Assembly (NCBI GenBank): GCA_965202585.1
Contig: OZ241829.1
Span: 60,574,001-60,638,000, forward strand
Length of the DNA: 64,000 bases
DNA from: Thalia democratica
Lineage: Eukaryota
Direction: 5' to 3'
The translations under genes were made by a program, and so were the position numbers. The notes under the pieces are model-generated. The model was not told where the DNA came from, ran no database searches, and was given only the letters and a program-made list of their open reading frames with translations. The first letter of the stretch is position 1; each line of letters starts with the position of its first letter. This document shows, piece after piece, positions 37,683 to 50,790 of the stretch.

Positions 37683-39076
37683 TTTTGTCAATAAAAAACA
37701 ATTTATAATTGCTACATAAGTTTTAGTGTTAAATATTAATTGTATTACGATGTTTCTAGTTTGAAGTTATTTTTTTTATCATCACTATAAACATTTTAAG
37801 CTTGTTAAGGTTTGTAAATTACAGCAGTGTATAACACTTTTTTTTCTCTTAACTATTTTATTTAATTTTTAATCTTTTATCTTTATTTTTGACTATTGTG
37901 CTATTGGACTCTGGCATCAGAACCAGAGTTACTTCAACAAAAGAAGTAAGAGTATATACAATCTAAAATTTAAGTAAAATAAACCAATAACTAAAAAAAA
38001 TACTAAATATCTAATATATTTCTTTTATTTATTTTTAATTATGTTAAGCTCTTTGAAACACTGCATTTCTTATACAAATTTTTAGAAGCCATATATAAAA
38101 TTATAACTTGAAATTAAATCAATAATAACAATACTAGAAGATCTAGTTGGAAAAGATTGTGATGGTAAAAAAAGAGTTTGTTAATTCTTAGTTGATAATA
38201 GCTATACTTCAACAGGTTTTAAAAACTTTAATAATTTGTTTCAGTCTGTCTGAAATTGTTTTTAATTCGAGACAAAATAAAAATTCAACAGAATGTATAG
38301 TTTAATAAAATTCTGACAGTAATAAAAAAGTTATTTTTAAACTCTTTGAATTATCTACACTTAATATGTTGTTATTTGGTATGTGGTATTTTGATTTGAA
38401 TAAATTAAGCAACAAGTACCCTTCTTAAAATGAAACTTTGCTTTAAATTTAATAGGTAATCATTGTAACATTTAGTACACTTTAATGTTTGATTAAGAAT
38501 TAATAGTTTTGTAATTACTCATTAAATTTAATCTTGAACAAATACTTACTAGTGTTACTAATTTATTATTACAGATTTAAACAACTTCATATTATTTATA
38601 ATTTCAAAGAGAGGTTAATTCCGTTTTAACTGAATTTTCAAAATTTTTAATTTTTACTTTTGTGTGGAGTGAGAGTAATTTAATTGGTTTCTAAAACAAA
38701 CTTAATATAATATGTAAAGGTATGGTACTAGTTATTTAACAAATTAATTTATTTTCAAATGATTTGAAATTGGTCTTATGTGAAAGGCTTACAAAAAAAG
38801 TATGTTCGTACATCTGTAATTGCTTACTGTATTTGATAAAGAATGGCCTTTGCTCACTTATGATTTAAGCTATAAAATTCCAACTAATTAGCTTTTTATT
38901 TTTTTTGTTAAAATTGGTACCAAATTTAGTTTTTCTATTTTATAAATTTTTGTAATGTATAAAGAGCAACAAGATATATCTTAAAGTTTTATATTTGAAA
39001 ATCTAAGTAGGTTATCTAGCTTTATAAATTTTGTTTTAATCGAGCTCATAAAATATAATTAAGATAATAACAATAC

Positions 39077-40005
39077 CTCGACCAATTATTAAGCTACGAT
39101 TTAAGAGTTGTCCCATCATAAGGCTAAAAAAATCAGTCTGATATAATAGTTTACATGAAAATGAAAAAGTATAACTATTAATTAAGCTTAAAAACTTTTT
39201 AATTCTTTTAAATAAAAAATATTTATTATGTAGATATGAATAACAACTCTTTGTAGATTTTGAAGTAAAAAAAAATAGTCTTGAGGTTTAGGACAACATT
39301 TTTTTAGAAACAGTGTTTTGAATAGTCTTTTCAATTGTGATGATAAGTTTCCATCGATATTAGAATACTATGCTTAAGACATAAAATTTCTGTTATTTAA
39401 AAACTAACCATTAAGGTAACTAAAAAAGTTTGAGAAATTGTATGTATTATTATATTTCATTTAAAATCTACTAAGAATTTTTCTTAATTATTAGCAATAA
39501 AACTATTTATTATAATTATATAATTAATAATATAACTTTTTTAAGATGCAAAAGTAAATCTGAAAACAGCTGTACTTTAAAAAGGTTATGGAGTTGGAAT
39601 TCTTACTTTCAACACATTTATTATTACTTTATAATAACAATTCTATAGAAAACCTGAAAATATTTATTTAAATTCAGACTCAGTCTAAAAATTTTTAAAT
39701 AGTCACCATTGTTTTGTGTAGTAGCTATTAATTTCAGTTTTCTACATGTCGAATAACAAACAGTTTTTGTAATTATTATAATAAGTATAGTTGATTTTTC
39801 ATTGGACTAAATCAGACAAAGCCTTTTTACACAAAGAATTCTTTTTAAAACCACTTCAAACTTTGCAGACATGATGTTAAATTTACATGTATAAACCACT
39901 TTTTTTTTGTTTAGACTAATGTTTCAAAAATGTTACATTCGCCTGAACCTCACCTTAAAAACTCCTTTATTTGCTTTTCAAAAGTACAGGCCATAACCCA
40001 AAGCA
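39077..40005 (-). other. Two candidate exons of an unidentified gene (40005-39954 and 39123-39077)
   Basis: Good splice signals (GTGAGG donor; TTTTTTTAG acceptor; GTATTG donor). Phases are compatible and give LWVMACTFEKQIKEFLSLMMGQLLNRSLIIGR. No family recognised. Confidence 0.35.
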
Positions 40006-43000
40006 CTTTAAGATAAACAATTCTTTTATAAAAAAGCTTTTTTTTTTCTTATATTTTTAAATGTACAGTTGTGAACCTGTTTGTTTAAATAACTCACTAA
40101 AAATGCCATGTCTGTCTGAACTTAACCTTAGTAATTAAAAAACACCTACATTTGTCAACGTAAAAACAGATATAATATGTATTATTTTTAAAATATTAAA
40201 GAAATCCATGCATTAAAATTTTAAAATAAATCCATAAACTTAATAAAGCTAGTAAGTAAGGAAACTAATAAGATTTTATAAAATTAAATATTTCAATTCT
40301 TAACAGTCTGAACCAACATTTTTGAAATTGTTTAATAAATTAATCTTTGTTCAATTCTTATATTTCTTAAATAACTTAATTATTCAATTCAATTCAAAAC
40401 ATATTTTATACTATGAATAAACTAACACACGATGTAGTTAACTTATTTTGAACAAATGTGACCTCCTACTCAGCTGTTTGAGATTGCAGCTAAACTGTAC
40501 TTAGTAGATCAGTTTTACAATAACTTTCTCTATACTACATAGCTAATTGTTTTTCTGCTGATAGGTTTTTTAAATTCGCAGTGTTGCAAAACATTTTATA
40601 TAACTAAAATGCGGAATCTTGTTTGTTATTCGTCTAGTATTCAATAAAGTAGATGCAAAATACTTTTGTAGAAAACAAACTAAGATAAAATGTATAGCTT
40701 GTTTCTTTTAGTCTTAAGATTTTCAAATATTTTGAACATTTTTGTCGTAAATGACGTTAAAAACCTACCAAAAATTCAACAATTAAAGCTTTTTAACAAA
40801 ACAAAGCTTTTATGAAAGAGTTCTAATATAAAAAGATAAAACTATTCTAAAACAATGTCATAAACTATTTCATTAAATAAAAGTATTTGAAATTAAGTAG
40901 TTGATTTTTAAATATTCTTTTTTTTTGATGACGTTAGATCAACAATAAAAAAAATCCCTAAAAATATTTTATCGTAAACATTTTTGTTAGGATTTAAAAT
41001 TAAGTTTTGAATACAAATTTTTACTGTTTTTAATATGACGTCTAAATAAAAATTTGTATTTCGTCTAAAGACACTGTTATTGGGAAATTTTCTGTAAAAA
41101 GTAACTTTTATAACTTCGGACAAAAAATTATAAAAGCGTCTTTCTTAACTTCAATAGTTTTGCAAATTAGTTTGATATCGGTTTTTTTTTTAATTTTTTT
41201 AATAGTTTTTTTGCATGGATATTTTACAGAGAAGTTTTTTTATTAGTAGCTAAAGTTTGTTAAAGAAACAAATAAGCGTCTTTTGTAAATCGTTTAGCCC
41301 TGTAAACACAAACTTAACTTATAACGTGTTTTTTTTTCTGAATCAAAAAAACATATTGTAAATCTTTTTTTTAACGTTTAGTGATTATGTGTGATAAATT
41401 CTACTAAATTTATTCCCATGAATTTTGTAGTTTTGCAATCCATTCTTCTTCTGCTTTTGTAAGACTTTTTTGTAACCTTTATAGAATTAACATAACACGA
41501 TCTAAAAACCCTTTGCATATAACTGACAAAAAAAACTTTTTATTTTCTTAGAACTTAAGTCTTAAACATACTTAAAAAGTTAATAAAATTTAAGCATATT
41601 AGATTGTTCAACATTTTCAATATTTTAATAAAACTTAAAGCTTACAAAACTTCTTCTTTATTTACCAGAAAAAAAGTTAAGATTTTTATGGAATCGTTTA
41701 TTTATTACTATTGTTGTTATCATTATATTTTAAACAGTTGTTGTTTTTAAACATTATCAATTTAAAGGATATAAAACACGTATACCATATATAAAGTATA
41801 CTTTAAAAGGTTATATTAAGTTTTTAAACTAACGAATTCTAAGTTTATTTTGTACACGAGTAGTAAAAATGCCTCACAAGCTATTTTTGCTTTTCAAATA
41901 TAGAAGACTTCAATTTAAAGTGTTGGAAATCAATACACGCATTTTTAAACTGACATTTGTTAATTACTTTTTAGTAAATCTGTTACAGTTAGAGTTAGAC
42001 TGTGTGTTAGCGTTAGAGTACGCGTTTAGGTAAAGGGTCAAAAAACGGTAAACTAAAATTAAAATTATGAAATAATAAAAATGAAAATGGAAATAAATAA
42101 ATAAACAAACTCATTTAAGCTTATCGAACTGAGTATATGTGAAGCAGGCCAACAAATTTGTCCATAATTTTGAGCCGCACTAAAACAATTCACGTTCATG
42201 TTAAGGTTTTTGTTTTTTTCACAAAAGAATCACAGGAATTTTGATTCAAAAAACTTACAGCCACTTGTTTTATAACAGAAATTACAAACCAAAAACCGAC
42301 GTCTGTTTACGAGAAAAAAATCTAACGATGGTCAAAAAATACTTTAAATGATAAAGTAATTGTTTATTTTTTTGAAACAATATTGATACTAGACTTATTA
42401 ACACTTGATTAGTTTAACAAATAGCAAGTTTAAAAAAATCTTATCTATTTAACTTTACTTATTTTCTGACCAAATGTTTAGTTTAACATTAAACAAGTTT
42501 TAGTTATTTCTGTTGACTATACATATCAAACCTTGTTAATGTAAATCATGTAGAGTCGTAATTCAAAGCGTATAATATTAGTTATAAGTTATGAAATATA
42601 TAAACTTTAAGGAAATTGTTTTAAAAAGATTACTTTGCTTTCAGCTAAATTGTATTAAAAAAAACAATAGTGTAGACTTTAGAAAGAGATAAGTTAAGAA
42701 TCACACTTTTAAAAAGTATATTTAAATAAGAGCTTTAAAATTCTTCTTTTATTTACTATTGTACACAAATAGTTGTTATTTTGACATTTTTTCAAAGTGT
42801 TCTTCTTCTTAAATTATACAGATTGGCCTAAGAGAGTCTAAGTAATTTTGGTCAAGTTGCTTTAATAACTAAGGAAAAAGCATATAGATGGTATTGTTTG
42901 AATTTAAAAACTACAAAAAAAAGGTAAATAAGAAACAAAAGTTCGCTTTAATGTAAACTTATACTTAAAAGAAACAATAAAGACATGTTTTCACAATAAA

Positions 43001-43390
43001 TTATTTAAAATACAACTCATAACAAATGTTTTTTTTTACCTAATAACCGATTAAAACTATATATAACTTTTGTAAACTTAAAATTGATAAAGTAATCGTT
43101 TGTATTTTTAATTTAATTTTAACAAAAAAACTGTAAAATTTTACTTTCAATATTTTTTTATTCAATTTTAAGATGCTGGTTATGGATAAAACAGATAGTG
43201 AGTATTATACCTATTGTTTTGAGCTTTAAAAATTAGTTATTGTCTACCTCAAACTGCTTAGTACATCTTACAAAAAACACGACACAAAATTAAACTTTCT
43301 TTTTTGTTTTGTGTAATGTATTTTTTTGAACAACCAGATAAAAAGATCTTATTTTGGCAGATAAAAACATCTTATTGCAACCTTTTTTGT

Positions 43391-43900
43391 CGGGAACGTG
43401 TCAAATACGCACGAAGAAACTTTTGCACGAGGAGTCATTTTTGCACGAGGGGTCAATTTTGCACGAGAGTATTAAAAAAAATAGAAATAAAATATTATTA
43501 AAAAAAACAAAATAAACAATAAGTTACCGACCGAGAATAAGGATTAGGGGTAACAGTGATAGTAAAAAAAAAACTAATAATATACAAAAATAAATAAATA
43601 AATAAAGTTATCGACCGAGGGTAAGGGTTAGTGTTAAAAGTGATAGTAAAAATTAAAAACAACAGACGAATAATAACTACGAGAACTTACTAAAAAAATA
43701 AAATACATTAATAAAATTAATGAAAAAAAAGTTACCGAATGAGGGTAAGGGTTAGAAGTAACATTGGTAGTAAAAACAGAATAAATAAAAAATTAAAGTT
43801 AATAAAAAAAAATTAATAAAATAATTAAAGATAATAACAAAAAAAAAATCAACCCGTGCAAAAGTATTTCGTAAAAAACTTATGTAACTCATGTGCATAT
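43391..43900. mobile_element. gcacgag-repeat MITE copy with internal tandem gagggtaagggttag units
   Basis: Starts cgggaacgtgtcaaa; three 85-125 bp internal repeats near 43522, 43605 and 43729; related to 19150-19522. Confidence 0.6.
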
Positions 43901-46200
43901 TAAATAAATTTGTAGAATTTAAAACATTACAATCGACATTAATCAAAAAAAAAACGTATTTTTTAAAAAAGTTAGTAAATAAATAATTTAGACAAGCTGA
44001 AAAAAATATTTTGAAGGATATAACTTAAAATCTAGTTTAATTTTTTTTTAACATATTGGCAAATTTTATTAAAACATTTTTTTATATTTGGAATTTATCT
44101 ATTAAAATTTGAATTAGTTTTATTCAATTTTAAACTATACTTTTAAGAATTAATTGTTTGTTTTAACATAAATACAATAAATACAAGTGAATTCCCTTGA
44201 AACAATACAGTAATAGTCACGTAACTATAGCTGGACTTAACAAAAGAAATCACAAACTTGTTATAATTTTTACAATGACTATTGTTATATAATAAACGTT
44301 GTTGTAAATTTCTCAACTTTTAAACAAGTTTGAAAGCTAAAGAGTTTATTCTAATATTAACTGGTAAGTACTTCATTGATTAAGATAAGTACAACCATTT
44401 TTTCTTGCAAATTAAAAAAGTTATTGCTTGAAAAACATTTCTTTAAGAGCAAGTCCGTCATTTAATACTCATTTAAAAATCACTACTGTGTATTGTAAAC
44501 TGAATTGAGGACACTTCATAAAATATTATAAATCAGATCAGTTTACTTGTTCTGCTTAACTGTTTTCATGCTAAAAAATACCTTAAAATTTCTGTATAGT
44601 CCGCCGGATGGGCTTGCGGGTCATACGTTACCCACCTCTGGGATTAAGACAACAATAAGTTATTCATTAACAACTTTGCAAATAATTGTAAAAATATTTT
44701 ATTTAGTAAATGATTAAATAGACTTTGTTCAAGACTTGATTAAATACTATAGTTTGTTTATTATTAGAGCTAACTTGAACAAACTTAATGCATTGTATTC
44801 TTTTAAAACAAACACTAAGTTTCAAGTATTGCCTTAGCATGGTGACGTAATAATGTAAACCTATACAAACATCAAACAAAAGGTTTTTTATGTAGCAAAA
44901 AAAAATTATGTACAAATCTAAGTCCAGCTTCAAAAAGCTGCTACTAATTTGCATATATCAAAACAAAACTTTTTTTTGTATATTTTAATTTTTCTGAGCT
45001 ATACTCTTACCCTACCCTTAACCCACCTTACCCAAACATATAGCAAATTAATCAAAAAAAGTTTTTATTTAAAATTTTATGAAAATATCTTATTTGGTTA
45101 TACTCAAATTAGTTGCAGATTTTTAAAGCTACCCCAAGTATATACAATTTTAACAAACGCAACTAGTCACAAACATTTTAAAGCTAATAATAATCGTACG
45201 TTTTATCGTAGTTTATTTTTTGTATTAAAGCATCAAACTTAAAAAAAAACAGTTTTTAAGTTTACTATTACAGCTCGTAAAGTTATTGTTGTAACTTTTT
45301 TATTAAATGGTTTGTTTTAAAAATTATATTAACAAAATAAAGTCTTAGCGTATTTAAGTAGAAAATAAGAACATAAAGTTTTTTGCAAAAAGTTTAATAC
45401 AATAATCAAAACAATAAAGAAAAAGAGTGGTTTTCTATGTTTCGTTTAAGTAAAACTTATGGTAAATAAAGAAGTAAATAAAGAAAAAAATTTAAAAGAC
45501 ATTTCAATTTTATTAAAATTTTTTGTTCGTTAATCCATACTTTAGTTATAAACTTTAAACAAAATATTTAATCTATTGTAACAAACTAACTAAGTTAAGA
45601 AATTCTTAATCTAAACAATTTAGGTAAGGTCTGAAACGATTAAAACAGAAAAAAAGTTAATCAATAAAATTACAGGTTATGAATTTGTACTTGTATTTAT
45701 TTAAACATTAAAGTTATAAAGTTTAGGTTTCAAGCCATAATCCTATAAAGAGTTTATATTTATAAAACTGCAAAAACTTGCAAAATTATGAATTTAAGCA
45801 GTATAACTGTCAAAAATAAATTTTACATACACAATTAAATAGTTGTAAAAAACATTACAAAGTTTAAAAATTGTATAAAAACACTGCTTTAGACTTAAAG
45901 TAGATCAAAACTAAATAACAAAAAAAAACATTGAATTTTAAAACATATTAAAAACTAATCTTTAAATAAGAGTTAATAAATGTTTTACATAATATTTTCT
46001 TAACACTTGCGTAAAGTAATTATAATAAAAAATCTAATTGCAAATAATATATTTACTCTTGTACTATTTCTGACGCTTCTAAATTGTAAAATATAAAAAT
46101 TCATTTAGTACCTTAATTCAATAATGAAAAATATAAGAAATAAAGTAACTATTGAACCAAAACAGTTTGTAAATGAAGCGTAGTTACACGGTAGTAAAGT

Positions 46201-46983
46201 TTATTGAACAAAAAAACCCGCAAAATCTTCCAACGTTAGATACTTGTGAACTTGATACGCGCCTAATGCTATCGAAGCCGCGATCAACGCGCAAGAAATC
46301 TTCACCTCCCTCTTTATCCTCGCTCCCAACAGGTCCTTGCTAAAGAACTCGGCGACGTACGTCGAGTTCTTGTTCTTGTGTGGGAACGGACATTCAGGCA
46401 CCGGCACATTCAGAAACCGGCACAGCGGCTCCCACCCTTCCTTCAAATCAAACACGAGCAGTCGATCCTTAGGAGCGTTCTTCAGAACGTTCTGGTTGTG
46501 TCTCCGGTACGCTTTCCTCAGCAGCTGCTCGGGCATGTTGCCATACCCGAACCACGGCTCAACCGCGTACCATCCCTCCGTCACCACGTGAACCAGCCAC
46601 AAAAAGTCCTGCATCGCCCTCAAGGACGGCGACAGCATCTTCATTACTCTCAGCTTGAAGCTCTGCCTGGACATTATCATTTTCTTGCGGCTCGCCCACC
46701 ACTCGTCCTCGTCCCTCTGACAGAAAACGATCTTGGCGTCGGGGAAGGCCCCGAGAATTTCCTCCCAGAAGTGGAAAGATGGGATGTCGGTGACCGAGTC
46801 CACCTCCTTATACATCTGGTAAAAGTCCTCCTTTCCGCCTCCGAGCTTGAATATCTTCAGCCACCTCTCCCTTTCATATTTGTAGTTCTCCTGGACGTCC
46901 CAGTTTTCGTATCCGAGTAACGTGAAGGCCTCCCGCATCGTCTTGGTGCCGCACTTCGAGTAGCCGGCGAATATGACTTTCAT
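46201..46983 (-). CDS. Sulfotransferase, Sulfotransfer_4-type P-loop family, with a C-terminal hydrophobic segment (intronless, 260 aa)
   Basis: 5'-PSB-like AGYSKCGT, DAK..F.QR..DEWWAS (3'-PB-like R/S), YRRHN..V...PKDRLLVFDLKEGWEPLCRFLNVPVPECPFPHKN; tail ISCALIAASIALGAY. Confidence 0.93.
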   Translation of the reverse strand: MKVIFAGYSKCGTKTMREAFTLLGYENWDVQENYKYERERWLKIFKLGGGKEDFYQMYKEVDSVTDIPSFHFWEEILGAFPDAKIVFCQRDEDEWWASRKKMIMSRQSFKLRVMKMLSPSLRAMQDFLWLVHVVTEGWYAVEPWFGYGNMPEQLLRKAYRRHNQNVLKNAPKDRLLVFDLKEGWEPLCRFLNVPVPECPFPHKNKNSTYVAEFFSKDLLGARIKREVKISCALIAASIALGAYQVHKYLTLEDFAGFFVQ

Positions 46984-49697
46984 TTCGAGTTTTTTTAAAT
47001 AGTTTTTCTACAATGATTTTTTTCTTAATATTTATTGTTTAATAGATGGTCAAATAATTTACTTTTTTCGGTAGTTACATTTTTAATGCGGAAATTTGAA
47101 ACTTATGTGTTGTGACGTTATATGGTTACATGAGATCGGTTTTTTGTTAGAGTTGTCCGTTGCCGAGATTAAATAAAAAACAAGACTAGTAAAAAGAAAA
47201 AAAAATCGTCTGGTATATAATTTTTTCAGCATACAGGTAATTATTAGGAAAAACAACTTAGCTACATTTAGTTAATTGAAAAAAAATTAGTTTTAACACA
47301 AAACAACTCAATATTATTAAGTTTTAAGATAAACCAAAAAAAAAACCATTTGCTATTAGTACTTAAATTAAACGATTAAACTTAAATAAGTTTTTTTTTT
47401 TATAAATTGCTTTTTTTAAAGAGGATTATTTTATTTTTATTAGAAATAACTCAACTGGTTATTTTAATCTATTCAATAAAACTAAATAATTATGAATTGC
47501 GTTTACTCTTGTTCATAACAAAAAAATAACTTTAATGTAAAAAACTTTAAAAAATAACTATATGTGTTATTTAAAAAAAAAAACTACTCAATTGTTGATT
47601 ATTGCACTAAAATGTTTCACACAGCGCGATGATTACTTACGAAGAAACATCTAACTGTAAGTGTATCTAATGTAAAGTTTATGAAAAGCATTTTATTTAT
47701 TGTTATTGTGACTTAAAATATTAAAATAATAATTTATAATTTTATTAACACTATGAATGAAATATTAAGTTATAGTTTTATGAGAAGAGTTTTAAATTAA
47801 ATTATCAATAAATGACCAAGTTATTTTAGATTAGTAAAACAGTAAAGAATGCGTGATATCAGAACTGTTTGCTAGACACCGTTACAAAAAATGATTTTTA
47901 ATAAGTTTTAAAATATCAACCATTTGCTTGATATACACTAAAATTAAATTAATTAATTTTGAACTATATTTCATAACAAACTTATCTTTTTGTAGACAAT
48001 GTTATAAGCTTAACTATCTTAAAAATATTTTAAGTTAAAAAGTATTTATTTCGTAAACACATAGGAAAAAATCTTTTTTTGAATAGCTTTTCAAACTAAA
48101 AAGTCAAAAAACTTGTAGAAAATTTGTTGCAATAATTGTAAGCTACTGCGAAATAAAAGTACAGCATAAACTACACTAAATATATATTAAAAAAAATTAT
48201 TACCGTTTTAATATTAGCACAGCTACAACATAGCGATAAAAATGTGTAAAGTCTAAACTCAAATGCATGCAAATTATCTTGTTTACTTGAAATATAAAAA
48301 CAATAGGTGTTTTTTGGGTTTGTGTTATCGTAAACAAAACAAAGAACTAAATATCTAAATAACGTGGCGATAGTTAAAATTTTTTGATATGCGACTAAGT
48401 TGTAGTACAAGTAATTTAGATAATTTAATTCTATGTAAAGTCAATACATTTTTGATTTTAATTAATATTTGTTAAACATAAAAATAAATTTTATGACACT
48501 TTAACAAATTGCAGTTCTACTTAAACAAAGTTTTCAGTTACCTTTACTTAACATAGTTAATAATTAAATAGGTATTATTTTCAGGTAGTGTTTAGTTTTT
48601 ATGCATGTTAATCATGCATTCAACTATTTATTGATAATAAAAAATATAAATTTACCTTATAAAACAAACTCGTTTGGCTTAAAATAAAACTATCTAGTTT
48701 TTTAAAGTTTTACACGTTTTACCTTTTAAGAAACCTAAAGCAAAAATAGATATTATCTTTGAAAAAAAAAAGTAATTTAAAATGTTTAACGAAAAAGAAC
48801 TACAGTACAACTATTTTATACTAACTGTAATATTTGTAAGTGATGTAGTATATAGTTTAAAGAAAGGTAACTAAGAGCCTCTTGTATGTTTAATATTAAA
48901 ACGGAGTGGTTTACTAAAACCATTTAATGGGTTACACAGCAATTTAAATTGTAAAAGTTCAAATTCCTTCAACTCAAACTCTAAGAAAAATGTTGTAGAA
49001 TAAAAATATTAAATATAAAAAGTGATGTGTACTTGAAAAAAGTTAAAAATCTATTGTAAATATAGTTACTTAGATATTGATGGTAAAAAACAATATATTG
49101 TAATTTATTTTCAATCAAACAGTTCAAAGTTCTCGACTTAATAAACTTTAAGGAATCTATTTATTATTTATTTTTACAGTTTATTATTAACAAAACAATG
49201 TTTTACTCCTATATTGGGATATAGGAGATCATCAGTTGTTATAAACAAGTCTGAAAAAAGTTTTTGAACAAAATAAATGGGAGTTATGTAAAAATATTAA
49301 ATAAAACAAAGTGAATTTATTGAGCTTATGGTTTAAAAACTTTTAGTTTAAGAACATTAACATAAAGTTGCAAAACAAAAAAAAATTTAATGGAAAACTT
49401 ATTAACTCCCAGAACGATAAAAATAAGTTGCAAAACTAGCTACAAAATTTAAAGAAAAAACACAAAACCTCTCAGGACGACAAAAAATATTAAAAATTGT
49501 TTAAAAGAACTGTTTTTTGAATTCAGAAAATTTCAGGAAAAGGTTGATAATTGAGAGAATTAACGTTACTAAAGTTTAAAATGTTTTTACATTATAATAA
49601 ATTAGTATATTTGGTTTAACTGTTTAAAAATTTAGGTTGAATCGTTTGCAAACAAACGATCCTAGTGAAATAACTTCGCAGGAATATAAATAAAAAG

Positions 49698-50412
49698 TAG
49701 TCTTCCTTTATTGTACCAACATATGTTTCTGTGTGTTAACGAATCAACACACTTCATTACAGATTTAAACTAAATCTGCTTCCTAATTGTATATAACTTT
49801 GATTTAATCATTACAAGCATTTAATATATAATACACATGTTACATCGAGTTTCTTTGACTTTTATTGTCTTCACCGTTGTTAAGTTTTATTAAATTTTAT
49901 TGATTCACTAACTAATGGTTGATGTTTTATTTTTGTTCAAAATAGATTACAAACATAAAAACTAAATTAACAAACTTTGCAATACAAATTAAATAGTTGA
50001 AATAACCTCATTTACATTGTGACGTAATTATTAGATGTAATGAATGTATTATGTTCATTCATTGACAACAGTAAAATTTTAATCAGTTATTCTTTCCATT
50101 AACGTGAGTGGTTTGTTTATATATGATTTGTTGTTTTGTTGTGTTATTTTAGTTTACTTTACTTATTTTAGATTTAATAGTTACAAATATTATATAGTTT
50201 TATAGCCGTCGGATTTAATTTCAAGTATTTTACCTATTATTAACTATTATCTGTAGAAACTATTTTATATTAATGAAAACATGTATACACCTACTTTATT
50301 CTATGCTTCTATTCTTTCATTACATTAATTATTTATTTACAGAACCCAGTTGAAGTGTGTTGATTTGTTAACACACAGAAACATATGTTGGTACAATAAA
50401 GAAAGATTACTG
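49698..50412. mobile_element. Fold-back element with degenerate hammerhead-like arms
   Basis: Arms of about 65 bp (49698-49762, 50341-50412): stem GTGTGTT/AACACAC, GAAA, palindromic ACATATGT, T, GGT pairing with upstream ACC, then AATAAA. The CUGANGA core is mutated. Confidence 0.55.
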
Positions 50413-50790
50413 TACAATTTGTTTTTATATATTTGTTTTAATAAATTCAAAATGTTTTTTTGAATATTTAAAAAAAAGTTTAAGATACTTTTTTTGAAAA
50501 ATATGGTTGAAATATAGTTCTTCTTATCTAAACTAACAACTTTATAAAATTTTGAATTAAGTTTTGTTATAAAATTAAGACTTAAATACCTTTTTTTTCA
50601 TTATAGCATAAAATAGCAATCAAAGTAAGCCTCAATAAGAATTTATTAGAAAACAGTTTTTAAACATTTAGTAGTCATTTTGAATTTTTTTCATAACTTA
50701 AGTATTTAAATTCTAACAAAAAAGCTATTAACTACCAGCTTACGCTAAACATTTTAAATTTAGGTGAACCTTTTCTCGTTGTCTTTACAG

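Noticed and set aside
43520-43790. gggtaagggttag motifs as interstitial telomere
   Set aside because: Isolated single motifs inside a MITE's internal tandem units, not (TTAGGG)n arrays.
44575-44645. Small GC-rich patch that could be an ncRNA
   Set aside because: cgttacccacctctg resembles a degenerate Charlie-type hAT terminus (gttgcccacccctg), so it is better explained as a transposon end.
46337-46920. Antisense ORFs of 84 and 180 aa over the sulfotransferase
   Set aside because: Shadow ORFs expected from high GC3 on the opposite strand; no independent protein features.
46201-46983. Bacterial operon or prophage insertion
   Set aside because: Single gene with no ribosome-binding site, neighbouring prokaryotic genes, integrase or att sites; the flanks are host-like.
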